Source: Amoebidium appalachense (lineage: Eukaryota; Protista; Ichthyosporea). Taken from it: a stretch of 64,000 nucleotides of DNA. Position 1 is the stretch's first letter, and every line of letters begins with the position of its first letter. Below the pieces are notes generated by a model. The model saw nothing but the letters and a program-made list of their open reading frames with translations. It did no database searches and was not told the origin of the DNA. Made by a program: the position numbers and the translations under genes. This document shows, piece by piece, positions 12,268 to 24,380 of the stretch. The DNA lies in assembly GCA_963693365.1 (NCBI GenBank), contig CAVNZM010000003.1, forward strand, positions 13,484,414 to 13,548,413. The letters run 5' to 3'.

Positions 12268-12773
12268 AGACCCTGACTTCTTTCGACCCATCCCGTCACG
12301 TTAAACGGAAGGACGTGACCTTCAGCTACACCCCCACCGGTACTTTGTCCCATGCCACCCTCCACCTGCCAACCTCTACGACGGATGTACAGGCCCGAGG
12401 TGTCAACGTCACCCTAGCTGCCCTGCCCCTCACCCACTTCTCCCCAGCCCATCTCCTCCGGCAGTTCCTGGATACAACGTCCGGTCAACCCGACGACCCC
12501 CTCTTCAGTCTCGGTGGCATCCCCTACACCAAGAGTGCTTTCTCTGCCGATTTCCGTGCCCTCCTCTCCCGGGCAGGCCTCTCACCCTCCCGGTTTGCCG
12601 GACACAGCCTCCGCATCGGGGGGGCCACAGCACTGGCTGAGGCCGGGGTCGACGACTCCCGGATCAAACAACTCGGCAGGTGGTCCTCCGACTGCTTCCT
12701 GATCTATACCCGACTTCGTCCGGCCTCCATTGCTGCCACCACCACACGTGTATTCGCCTCTATTCTTAAGTGA
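12268..12773 (+). pseudogene. Tyrosine recombinase, 3' half
   Basis: GHSLRIGGAT..LGRWSSDCFLIYTR catalytic HxxR, W and Y; TSKTD lysine changed to T in this copy. Confidence 0.92.
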
Positions 12774-12801
12774 AACCTTTGGAGCAAGCATACTGCTCTC
12801 G

Positions 12802-13141
12802 TGCCGTGGTTTACAACCATTGCAGGTTCACTTTCGTCCAAGGGGATGTCCCCCTAGAGGCAACACACGTCCCGGAGTAGTTTTCATAGAGGTTTTATTT
12901 GTGGAAATTATTGACATAAATATTTTTCTGGGTAAACACGTAGGATGGGTGTTCGGTACCAACATAACCATGTAGGCTTTATTTCGTGTTTTAGCAGTTA
13001 GCGGTTGGCTGCCCGCACACGGGCACCTATTAGCCAGTCAAACATCAGATACCACAGATCACTAGACCGAGTTATGATTGGCTCGGATCAGATTTCACAT
13101 ATCACTAGATCGATTTTTGATTGGCTCAGATCGGTCTTAGG
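12802..13141 (+). repeat. Ngaro B1 (12802-12890) and truncated A2 (12891 to about 13141)
   Basis: Junction ...TTTTCATAGA|GGTTTTATTTG joins the element's right and left end sequences. Confidence 0.9.
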
Positions 13142-13427
13142 AGGGGGCCGGGGGGGGAGTGATGCAAATACACGTAGACACACGGGGGGAGGGGGAGGGG
13201 GGAGGAGACCGAGGAGGAGTGTGAACATAGTCGTAGGAATTTAATTTATTATCATAGGTGTCTCCGTAGGTATCAAGCTTATGGTGTAGTTTAATTTATT
13301 ATTTTCTTCGTAATTTATTTAATTTAATTTTTTTTTTGGAGACTGATTAGTCTATGTCTTTTTAGGGGGTGTTAGATGTAATGTGACTGAGGTGGGACTC
13401 AGCTTTTCCGGGGGCCGGGGAGGGAGT

Positions 13428-14149
13428 TGACATATACTAATCCGTCTCAGCAGAGCAGCCTAAGTCTACGATCGAGATCGGGGGGGGGGGGGGGGGGGGG
13501 CGGGTCCACAGATCATCAAGATCAAGTCTGATGCTGGGGCGAGGCTCAAGATAGCTGTACAGCTGCGTGCATCTTGCCTCTGCCGGCGCAGGGCAGGACC
13601 ACGTCAGCTGGAGCAGCCAACCAATAGAATTCTAATTAGTGTGTAGGATAGATCATAGGAGGACTTTGGAATGTGATAAGTTCGGGCAGAAGCCCTTTGT
13701 AAATATTGGCAAGTTTTGATAGTATATGCTGCCAAACGTATTTATATATATTTCGATGTAGAGGAAAAGGGGGGGGGGAGGGGGGGGGGGAGATAGTATG
13801 AAATGTAGAATTAGACTCTGCGGTGCCACAAGGGGAAGGGAGAGGGGTAAGACTTGGATAAATATATTAGTGTCAGCCGATCGACTTAGCTCGTGCAGGC
13901 GCACGATAGAGTTAGATCGGAATGTATGGAATGTGGCATCGTAGGGGGGCCAGGTGATGATGATCTTGTAGGGCACGGCCTTGATGGCCTCAGTTGTGAC
14001 TTAGCCTCATTCCGTTCGGACCTAAGTTTGCCCGTCGGAGCCTGGTCTTAATAAACTTTACCGTTTTTCAGTACACGTTCGTTCCTTTCCGTGTGTGTAC
14101 ACTTAGTAGAGTGCCGCGTCTCTTAATACATACACGTTAGGATACGACA
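13428..14149 (+). repeat. Gypsy 3' LTR (duplicated copy)
   Basis: TG..CA, preceded by a purine tract; homologous to 22844-23566 and 61460-62191. Confidence 0.85.
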
Positions 14150-14990
14150 TGTTGTGATTGGCTGAATGTCACTGTGGTATTTGTCTGGCCAGTGGGCCGC
14201 GTGTCTGTGAAGTGTCTCGCGGGGTCGCGGGCTTTTCGAAGTTCTTCTGAGAACACGTTTTGCTCGCTTCCCACCCAACTCAAAGAAAAGTTTATACGTA
14301 TACACAGTTTCAAGCCCCTTTAGGCGTGCAGTTAGTTAGAGTAGTTCGTATACACGCGAGGGCGTAACACGACAGCCGTGAGTTATTGCGAAAGCTGTCC
14401 CGCTTTGGCCGTGTTTACCACCGTGACCAGCTTCACTCAATGGCAGAGGTGGCGAGCATGCTCATTTTCTCTACTGCACACATCATTTTTTACAACACTT
14501 TTCGATTCACTGCTGCTATTATTTCTTTTACTGTAAGCGGTTTTTGCGGTACAGGGAATGAACTCGTTGCAATAGTTTCGAGAAACAGGCGGGCCATACA
14601 TGAAAACCATGCATCTTCTTCGTGGCCTGACTCTCATCACACGGGCACGTTGCTTTCGGCAGCAGTTATCAGTGCAGCTGCAACTTACCTGTTCATTGTT
14701 TTGATTGGGGTGGTCGTAATGACTCTGCCAGGAACGCCCGAAGTTCCAGGAGATGCACGGTGTGATAACTGCAAATTAGCCAAAGTTTAACGTAGCTGGT
14801 GCAGTGGCGGACCCGGTGTGTGCAAGCGTCCCCCCCACAAGCTGTAAGTAAATACACATAACTCGTTTTTGTTTTCTTTTCTTTCTCAGTAGTAATTTTT
14901 AGCACTTGCACGGTGAATGCATATGTCTCTGTGTGGCCTGTCGCACATAGCAGTGCTTGTTGTGGTGGTGGCGGTGGTGGTGGTGGTGGT

Positions 14991-15033
<43 letters not shown>

Positions 15034-15432
15034 GGAGGGGGGGGGGGGGGGGAGGGAGGGAGGAGAAGCGGGAGGCAATGGGTGTCTTCCTGCCGAAGTT
15101 TCATGCATTTGCACGTATGATACACAATTCTTTGCACTTCAGTTCTTCTTCCCGTTTTGAGCATTTTTTACACTCCTTCTTCAATAATTTTGAACGTTTA
15201 TTTTGTCTTTCCCCCAAAGAAAGGGGGGGGGGGGGGGGTAGTGATCGACTTAGTAAGAGAGCCCGGTAAGGGAGGGGGGGAGAGAGAGGGGGGGGGGGGG
15301 GACGAGAGAAAAGAGGGGGGTGAGAGAGGGGGGGGGGGGAGAGGTGGGAAGGGGGGGGGGGGGGGGAGGGGGTGAGAAGGGGGAGGGAGGGGAGTGAGGG
15401 TGAACACAGTGAAAACACTATGACTAACACAC

Positions 15433-16756
15433 ATGCACCAAAATAGGAGAGAACGGAAGTGTGTGGTGTGCCGGGGTTCTTCACTACACCGGATATGTGG
15501 CACGTTACCCGATTGTGTAAACAACCCGAACAATGATACTGCACGACCACCTACAAATGCCCCGCCCCCAAGCAACGCACCACCGTCGCATCCCCCTAGG
15601 GCTGATGACGCACCACCGTCGCCCCACCCTGCCGCTGACCATGTTGTTATTGATATGGCCGAGGTTAACGAGGGCCGTAATCACACAACCGTCGATGTTG
15701 ATGGCCCTCCGACTCCAAAACGAACAAGCACACCGGACAATACCGGCATGCACGCGAGGAAGAAACAACGGACGGGTGAACCGGAAAACCCTCCGCAGGG
15801 TCACCCTCTCAACCCCCCCGCGAGCAGAAGCACCCCCTTAAGTCGGCCAAGTTCGAACCAACAACCCCCATTGGATCCCCACTTGCACGATACAGCTACA
15901 AAGCCGAACAAACCACCACAGGCACCACACATGGCAGGCAATCAGCCCCAACCCGGGTCGGTCCCCCCCACACAGTTTAAGGCGCCGGGTGTAACTAACA
16001 TTAAACCTAGGCCACCCCCTCTTCCATCCCTTCACCCTGCCCTTGTTCCATTAGCCAAAACACTGAATTTTCAACCTGGTAGTGAAATAGAAAAACTTTT
16101 TGCAACTTTGCATACACACATGTGTGACCTCGAGGCATGCGCTAGTAGTTCTAACACAAAATCACGCCCGGGAACACCAACTTCAACAACCAAAACTAAA
16201 GAATTTTCCACTCAAACTGACAAAACCCGTGTAGTTCCACTACCCCGAAAGAACAATAGGGGTTTTTTACCGCGGTGGGTGTGCGGGAAAAGAAACGTAT
16301 TAATACCGGCACTCACAGACACTTTTTTTTCCGGCACAGTTACAAATTATAACGAAATGAGTAAACAGTCAAAGCGTCGCTATAAAAAACTTATTAGGGA
16401 ATCACTTGAATACATCGTGTCGTCACTGTTTCACGTCGACATTCGATTAGTGGAATTTGCGATCGAAATACAGGGGACACGGGTGGTTTTCTTCCCGAAC
16501 GATCCAACACAGGAACGACGGGAGGAAGTTATGCAACGGCGCCTTAAGGAAAGCATGCGCAACGATGCAACTGCGTCTATACAGCGGGATTTGCGCGCGC
16601 TGGAAGACCTCTGCACACAGTTGGAGGTTGACGTCGCGGACGATACAAGTGCAAACGGCACTGGGCGGTCACGTGATAGATTGCGCTATATCAAATCACT
16701 TTTGGCCCTAAAGGACCGTTTGAGTATGAGCGACCGCCAATTTCTATCGTGGTCTA
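15433..16756 (+). pseudogene. Duplicated 5' half of the Transib/RAG1-like transposase gene
   Basis: Inverted copy of 20230-21553, ending at Ngaro repeat A. Confidence 0.8.
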
Positions 16757-17325
16757 GGTTTTATTTGTGGAATTTATTGACATAAATATTTTTTCTGGGT
16801 AAACACGTAGGATGGGTGTTCGGTATCAACATAACCATGTAGGCTTCATTTCGTGTTTTAGCAGTTCGCGGTTGGCTGCCCGCACACGGGCACCTATTAG
16901 CCAAGCAAAACATCAGATTCCACATATCACTAGACCGAGTTTTGATTGGCTCGGATCAGATTTCACATATCACTAGATCGATTTTGATTGGCTCAGATCG
17001 GTAGGCTTAGGTATATAAGCACGACAGTTTTTAGCAGATCAGCAAGCTACAAACACATCTTCTGTGTTTAGCATCCACAGCCTTACAGCTATATATTCCT
17101 TTTTCACCCACCCACCTACACCCACACACAACCCCCATTGATCCACACATACGTGCTGTTTTTTCACGGGGCGAAGACTTCCCCCGTTTTTTGGGCACAT
17201 GGACCTCACGGATCAATAAATTGATGACTGGGGGCTTGCCGTGGTTTACAACCATTGCAGGTTCACTTTCGTCCAAGGGGATGTCCCCCTAGAGGCAACA
17301 CACGTCCCGGAGTAGTTTTCATAGA
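16757..17325 (+). repeat. Ngaro A-spacer-B unit (chimeric right end of copy 1)
   Basis: A, ~130-bp spacer and B; proximal variants match 19660-20229, distal variants match copy 1. Confidence 0.85.
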
Positions 17326-18634
17326 AATACGCATCCTTCAATCTTTGAAGTGTTTTTTCTACTTTATCAAGGCGTGCCTGCTCAAATTTTCCCATTTGTG
17401 CTTCGGAATATTTGTATACATTGACTCTTTCAACATTTCCTTCAGCTACAGCAATGATTAAACGTGTTTCACGCTGAAGGATATCTTTACAGTAGTTTGT
17501 TCCCTTCTTTCCGTGTGTGGTTTGCCTGTAAAACGTTTTGTTGTTTTCTTCGTTTTTCCTTTCTAATGACTGGCAGCTAACCGCCCCCATCCATCCAATC
17601 ATCTTTCGCATATGTGGTATGTAATGTTTGAGTGCATGTATGTACGGTGTAATTTGAGCTTCACCATATGCCTGACGGTACCTAAAAACAAAGTTAAGAC
17701 AAAGAGCCTCGAATTCAGCGTCAGTAACAGTGCTTGCTTTGTCTGTGAGGGCCGTGTCAATCTCTAAAAGTTTCTCCCAGCATTCGATAAAATGTGTGTG
17801 TGTGGCCCTTACGTTATAAACTTTCTTGCCCCCAATGTGTACGTGCTGTTGTGGAGAAACCATCACTAATTTTTGCAAGAGTGTCTTATTTTCACCGTCT
17901 ACTACAATTTTTTTAACAAAATAGCGCATGGCATGTCTCCGATCATTTCCATTTAAGGTTGGATAAACCCAATTTCCCTTATTATTAAACGTAAATTCGA
18001 ATTTTATGCCAATCTGTTCAAAGGCATCCTCAACCAATAGCATGTGGGGGCCCTTCTTAGAACATCCTGGTTTTACTTCACTTAAGGCAAAGGCTATGAT
18101 TGGCTCAAACAAATTATCGGTGATGCGCAGACGGAGATGAAGGGGGTCAAATAAAACACGATCATATCCAAGTTTCCACATAGGCTCCCCACAGCAACCA
18201 TATTCACCAATAACATTCAGAAACGCAGACCTAAGTCTAGCACCGTATTCGGCAATGGTGTCGTGTTTAATGCAAAACCTATTTTTTTTTATCATTTCAC
18301 AAACCAAACAAAAAAACTCAGCAAGCGGCCCCTTCAGACATAACCTTCATGAATTTCCAATCCGAACATAAATACATTTTGAATGAAAAATCGTCGTTTG
18401 GATCGTTGCTGGTGCCAAGATTGATTGGTCCGTTTGCCACAGTGTAATTCAGACTGTGAATTTCGTCGAAAGTTGGTTTGGCTTTAGCCAACAGCTCGGC
18501 CATCGTTTCCGAACCATCGTACATGCATAATGCCATTTCTGCATGTGGTGTTAGGCCCTTAACGAACTTTTCCTCAAACAGGCTGAGCGCAATTAGGACT
18601 TTGTTGAAATTGGTAGATATCCGGCTGCCATCAC
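17326..18634 (-). pseudogene. Transib/RAG1-like DDE transposase, exon 2 (catalytic core; one frameshift near 18340)
   Basis: (G)DGSR, LCSDWKF, FFCLVC, DPLHLRLRI, ITPYIHALKH and SCQSLERKN in the order of the RAG1 D600, D708, CxxC, LH, H..H and E962 motifs. Confidence 0.85.
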
Positions 18635-18899
18635 CTGTGTAAAAAAAAAAAAAAAAAATGGTGTGTGTGTCCGGAGGGGGGGGGGGGGGGGGGAGGGGGG
18701 GGGGGGGGGGGGGGGGGGGGGAGGGGGGGAGAGAGGGGGGGGGGGGGGGGGGGGAGGGGGGGAGGTATTGGAAGGTGTGGGAGGGAGAATGGGGATAGAA
18801 TGAAGTAATTAGTGCATCGAAAAGGGAATATGATATAGTGGGTGGGCCACCCGGTGTATGTGTTTATATGTGCGTGTGCGTGTGCGTGTGCGTGTGCGT

Positions 18900-18975
<76 letters not shown>

Positions 18976-18995
18976 GTGTGTGCGTGCGTGCGTGC

Positions 18996-19038
<43 letters not shown>

Positions 19039-19356
19039 CACTTGTATGTTTGTGTGCACCTGTATGTTCGTGTGCACGTGTATGTCTGCCTTACAGTGCA
19101 CGTGTCTTTTTGTGTGTGCGCGGCCCGCACGTCTTATTATGTGTGGCGTATGTGAGCACGTGTTGAGGATAGGAGGACGTGGTGGGGGAATGATATACTA
19201 TGCTTCGTTGTGAAAGTGACTGAATGAAGGAGGGGAAAGAGATACATATTGCCTGCACTTATAAAAGAGGCAGGCTAGGGCTAGGGGTAACCTTCGTTTT
19301 TCTTTTTCTTCCTTTGTTTCTCCTTTTTGCTTTCTTTCTTTCTTTTTTTTTTTTTT

Positions 19357-19387
<31 letters not shown>

Positions 19388-19404
19388 GGGGGAGGAAGGC
19401 AAAC
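18635..19404 (-). other. GT-AG spliceosomal intron (770 nt)
   Basis: Donor CAG|GTTTGC; polypyrimidine tract and ACACAG| acceptor; splicing restores LRIAG-DG in frame. Confidence 0.85.
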
Positions 19405-19659
19405 CTGCGATTCGAAGATCCAATGGTTTTCCAGGGTTGGCGTCACGTTTCGCACGCATCATATCACGAAATTCTTTGTCGTTTTGGTAACGCCAAGATA
19501 TGGTATCTAGCACCCCCCGGTATGCACCGACTGGAATGGGCGCTTCCCCCGCTTTCTTACTTGGTTCGAAAATTTCGGTGATTGGAATGGCGCTATTTTG
19601 CCGGTGGCGCTCTACAACAAGCTTATGTAGCCGTGCACACAACTCCATTCCCTCCGTTT
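19405..19659 (-). pseudogene. Transposase exon 1, 3' part
   Basis: KTEGMELCARLHKL...PLDLRIAG, in frame with 20230-21553 once the solo Ngaro unit is removed. Confidence 0.85.
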
Positions 19660-20229
19660 TCTATGAAAAACTACTCCGGGACGTGTGTTGCCTCTAGGGG
19701 GACATCCCCTTGGACGAAAGTGAACCTGCAATGGTTGTAAACCACGGCAAGCCCCCAGTCATCAATTTATTGATCCGTGAGGTCCTTGTGCCCCAAAAAC
19801 GGGGGAAGTCTTCGCCCCGTGAAAAAACAGCACGTATGTGTGGATCAATGGGGGTTGAGTGTGGGTGTAGGTGGGTGGGTGAAAAAGGAATATATAGCTG
19901 TAAGGCTGTGGGTGCTAAACACAGAAGATGTGTTTGTAGCTTGCTGATCTGCTAAAAACTGTCGTGCTTATATACCTAAGCCTACCGATCTGAGCCAATC
20001 AAAATCGATCTAGTGATATGTGAAATCTGATCCGAGCCAATCAAAACTCGGTCTAGTGATATGTGGAATCTGATGTTTTGCTTGGCTAATAGGTGCCCGT
20101 GTGCGGGCAGCCAACCGCGAACTGCTAAAACACGAAATGAAGCCTACATGGTTATGTTGATACCGAACACCCATCCTACGTGTTTACCCAGAAAAAATAT
20201 TTATGTCAATAAATTCCACAAATAAAACC
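19660..20229 (-). mobile_element. Solo Ngaro A-spacer-B unit
   Basis: Both canonical ends, no ORFs, no TSD; removal restores TCT-AAA-ACG in the host frame. Confidence 0.9.
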
Positions 20230-21553
20230 TAGACCACGATAGAAATTGGCGGTCGCTCATACTCAAACGGTCCTTTAGGGCCAAAAGTGATTTGATATAG
20301 CGCAATCTATCACGTGACCGCCCAGTGCCGTTTGCACTTGTATCGTCCGCGACGTCAACCTCCAACTGTGTGCAGAGGTCTTCCAGCGCGCGCAAATCCC
20401 GCTGTATAGACGCAGTTGCATCGTTGCGCATGCTTTCCTTAAGGCGCCGTTGCATAACTTCCTCCCGTCGTTCCTGTGTTGGATCGTTCGGGAAGAAAAC
20501 CACCCGTGTCCCCTGTATTTCGATCGCAAATTCCACTAATCGAATGTCGACGTGAAACAGTGACGACACGATGTATTCAAGTGATTCCCTAATAAGTTTT
20601 TTATAGCGACGCTTTGACTGTTTACTCATTTCGTTATAATTTGTAACTGTGCCGGAAAAAAAAGTGTCTGTGAGTGCCGGTATTAATACGTTTCTTTTCC
20701 CGCACACCCACCGCGGTAAAAAACCCCTATTGTTCTTTCGGGGTAGTGGAACTACACGGGTTTTGTCAGTTTGAGTGGAAAGTTCTTTAGTTTTGGTTGT
20801 TGAAGTTGGTGTTCCCGGGCGTGATTTTGTGTTAGAACTACTAGCGCATGCCTCGAGGTCACACATGTGTGTATGCAAAGTTGCAAAAAGTTTTTCTATT
20901 TCACTACCAGGTTGAAAATTCAGTGTTTTGGCTAATGGAACAAGGGCAGGGTGAAGGGATGGAAGAGGGGGTGGCCTAGGTTTAATGTTAGTTACACCCG
21001 GCGCCTTAAACTGTGTGGGGGGGACCGACCCGGGTTGGGGCTGATTGCCTGCCATGTGTGGTGCCTGTGGTGGTTTGTTCGGCTTTGTAGCTGTATCGTG
21101 CAAGTGGGGATCCAATGGGGGTTGTTGGTTCGAACTTGGCCGACTTAAGGGGGTGCTTCTGCTCGCGGGGGGGTTGAGAGGGTGACCCTGCGGAGGGTTT
21201 TCCGGTTCACCCGTCCGTTGTTTCTTCCTCGCGTGCATGCCGGTATTGTCCGGTGTGCTTGTTCGTTTTGGAGTCGGAGGGCCATCAACATCGACGGTTG
21301 TGTGATTACGGCCCTCGTCAACCTCGGCCATATCAATAACAACATGGTCAGCGGCAGGGTGGGGCGACGGTGGTGCGTCATCAGCCCTAGGGGGATGCGA
21401 CGGTGGTGCGTTGCTTGGGGGCGGGGCATTTGTAGGTGGTCGTGCAGTATCATTGTTCGGGTTGTTTACACAATCGGGTAACGTGCCACATATCCGGTGT
21501 AGTGAAGAACCCCGGCACACCACACACTTCCGTTCTCTCCTATTTTGGTGCAT
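20230..21553 (-). pseudogene. Transposase exon 1, 5' part (Cys/His cluster, Pro-rich linker)
   Basis: MHQNRRERKCVVCRGSSLHRICGTLPDC...LKDRLSMSDRQFLSWS. Confidence 0.8.
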
Positions 21554-21965
21554 GTGTGTTAGTCATAGTGTTTTCACTGTGTTCACCCTCACTCCCCTCC
21601 CTCCCCCTTCTCACCCCCTCCCCCCCCCCCCCCCCCCTTCCCCACCTCTCCCCCCCCCCCCCCTCTCTCACCCCCCTCTTTTCTCTCGTCCCCCCCCCCC
21701 CTCTCTCTCCCCCCTCCCTTACCGGGCTCTCTTACTAAGTCGATCACTACCCCCCCCCCCCCCCCCCCTTTCTTTGGGGGAAAGACAAAATAAACGTTCA
21801 AAATTATTGAAGAAGGAGTGTAAAAAATGCTCAAAACGGGAAGAAGAACTGAAGTGCAAAGAATTGTGTATCATACGTGCAAATGCATGAAACTTCGGCA
21901 GGAAGACACCCATTGCCTCCCGCTTCTCCCTCCCTCCCTCCCCCCCCCCCCCCCCCCCCCCCCCT

Positions 21966-22002
<37 letters not shown>

Positions 22003-22843
22003 ACCACCACCACCACCACCGCCACCACCACAACAAGCACTGCTATGTGCGACAGGCCACACAGAGACATATGCATTCACCGTGCAAGTGCTAAAAATTA
22101 CTACTGAGAAAGAAAAGAAAACAAAAACGAGTTATGTGTATTTACTTACAGCTTGTGGGGGGGACGCTTGCACACACCGGGTCCGCCACTGCACCAGCTA
22201 CGTTAAACTTTGGCTAATTTGCAGTTATCACACCGTGCATCTCCTGGAACTTCGGGCGTTCCTGGCAGAGTCATTACGACCACCCCAATCAAAACAATGA
22301 ACAGGTAAGTTGCAGCTGCACTGATAACTGCTGCCGAAAGCAACGTGCCCGTGTGATGAGAGTCAGGCCACGAAGAAGATGCATGGTTTTCATGTATGGC
22401 CCGCCTGTTTCTCGAAACTATTGCAACGAGTTCATTCCCTGTACCGCAAAAACCGCTTACAGTAAAAGAAATAATAGCAGCAGTGAATCGAAAAGTGTTG
22501 TAAAAAATGATGTGTGCAGTAGAGAAAATGAGCATGCTCGCCACCTCTGCCATTGAGTGAAGCTGGTCACGGTGGTAAACACGGCCAAAGCGGGACAGCT
22601 TTCGCAATAACTCACGGCTGTCGTGTTACGCCCTCGCGTGTATACGAACTACTCTAACTAACTGCACGCCTAAAGGGGCTTGAAACTGTGTATACGTATA
22701 AACTTTTCTTTGAGTTGGGTGGGAAGCGAGCAAAACGTGTTCTCAGAAGAACTTCGAAAAGCCCGCGACCCCGCGAGACACTTCACAGACACGCGGCCCA
22801 CTGGCCAGACAAATACCACAGTGACATTCAGCCAATCACAACA

Positions 22844-23566
22844 TGTCGTATCCTAACGTGTATGTATTAAGAGACGCGGCACTCTACTAAGTGTACACAC
22901 ACGGAAAGGAACGAACGTGTACTGAAAAACGGTAAAGTTTATTAAGACCAGGCTCCGACGGGCAAACTTAGGTCCGAACGGAATGAGGCTAAGTCACAAC
23001 CGAGGCCATCAAGGCCGTGCCCTACAAGATCATCATCACCTGGCCCCCCTACGATGCCACATTCCATACATTCCGATCTAACTCTATCGTGCGCCTGCAC
23101 GAGCTAAGTCGATCGGCTGACACTAATATATTTATCCAAGTCTTACCCCTCTCCCTTCCCCTTGTGGCACCGCAGAGTCTAATTCTACATTTCATACTAT
23201 CTCCCCCCCCCCCTCCCCCCCCCCTTTTTCCTCTACATCGAAATATATATAAATACGTTTGGCAGCATATACTATCAAAACTTGCCAATATTTACAAAGG
23301 GCTTCTGCCCGAACTTATCACATTCCAAAGTCCTCCTATGATCTATCCTACACACTAATTAGAATTCTATTGGTTGGCTGCTCCAGCTGACGTGGTCCTG
23401 CCCTGCGCCGGCAGAGGCAAGATGCACGCAGCTGTACAGCTATCTTGAGCCTCGCCCCAGCATCAGACTTGATCTTGATGATCTGTGGACCCGCCCCCCC
23501 CCCCCCCCCCCCCCGATCTCGATCGTAGACTTAGGCTGCTCTGCTGAGACGGATTAGTATATGTCA
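22844..23566 (-). repeat. Gypsy 3' LTR
   Basis: Follows the integrase ORF and purine tract GGGGCCGGGGAGGGAG on the minus strand. Confidence 0.88.
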
Positions 23567-23749
23567 ACTCCCTCCCCGGCCCCCGGAAAAGCTGAGTCCC
23601 ACCTCAGTCACATTACATCTAACACCCCCTAAAAAGACATAGACTAATCAGTCTCCAAAAAAAAAATTAAATTAAATAAATTACGAAGAAAATAATAAAT
23701 TAAACTACACCATAAGCTTGATACCTACGGAGACACCTATGATAATAAA

Positions 23750-24380
23750 TTAAATTCCTACGACTATGTTCACACTCCTCCTCGGTCTCCTCCCCCCCCC
23801 TCCCCCTCCCCCCGTGTGTCTACGTGTATTTGCATCACTCCCCCCCCCGGCCCCCTCCCCCACCGACTTTTTCACACCACGATTAAACTGAGGAATAACT
23901 CTCTTCGGCCTAGAGGGAGCACTAGGCAACTCCCTCTGCACTAATCTAGCCTCATAAGCACGAATAGAAAACGGGCAATCCAAATGAAACTCGGGCAACC
24001 ACTGATCTTCCTGATAACCTCCCTCAAAACGAATTAAATAATAATTTACCTTACCTTCCTTACCTTCAATAACCTTTTTATCCATAATTTTATTTACTGC
24101 AGCCTCCGATACATCCACCGACCCGTCATAGTCGGGGGTGAATGCATCTAACACTCGACGGCCCTCCGGCCGTTTAACCCTAAGGGCCCTATCATAATAT
24201 TTCTTTATATCATCTACATTGTAATATCTAACATCACTCTCATTATCTATCCTCTGCACCTTATATTCCGTCGGACCTAACCTAGCCACTATTTTATACG
24301 GACCAATGAAAAGAGGCAACCATTTCTTACCATACTTACGAAGACCTTCACCTTCACCCTTACCTTCCTGCTCCTGCTCT
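23750..24380 (-). pseudogene. Integrase C-terminus with GPY/F motif and chromodomain
   Basis: FIGPYKIV; VNKIMDKK...YYLIRFEGGYQEDQWLPEFHLDC. Confidence 0.85.

Larger units (their letters stand above)
2106..17325 (+). mobile_element. Ngaro-type (DIRS order) tyrosine-recombinase retrotransposon copy 1, composite with a nested copia and a captured inverted duplication
   Basis: Starts with family left end GGTTTTATTTGTGG and ends with family right end TTTTCATAGA; gag, RT/RNase H, YR order; split direct repeats A1..B1-A2..B2; no TSD; flanks rejoin in frame. Confidence 0.88.
13140..17325 (+). repeat. Left arm of a ~4.2-kb inverted duplication (partner 19660-23858)
   Basis: Mirror ORFs, e.g. 15433-16785(+) and 20201-21553(-), differ at only two residues. 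Confidence 0.95.
19660..23858 (-). repeat. Right (donor) arm of the inverted duplication
   Basis: Reverse complement of 13140-17325; continues without a break into gypsy integrase sequence. Confidence 0.95.

Noticed and set aside
14170-14176. CACTGTG (RSS heptamer-like) upstream of the duplicated transposase as a possible Transib TIR
   Set aside because: No A-rich nonamer at 12 or 23 spacing and no matching inverted partner found downstream of the stop codon
15433-16785. 450-aa ORF as an independent gene
   Set aside because: Its last residues and stop come from Ngaro repeat A; it is the duplicated 5' half of the transposase
13140-23858. 4.2-kb arms as TIRs of a giant foldback or Polinton element
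   Set aside because: The arms consist of gypsy, transposase and Ngaro pieces; one arm continues into integrase, and there is no TSD
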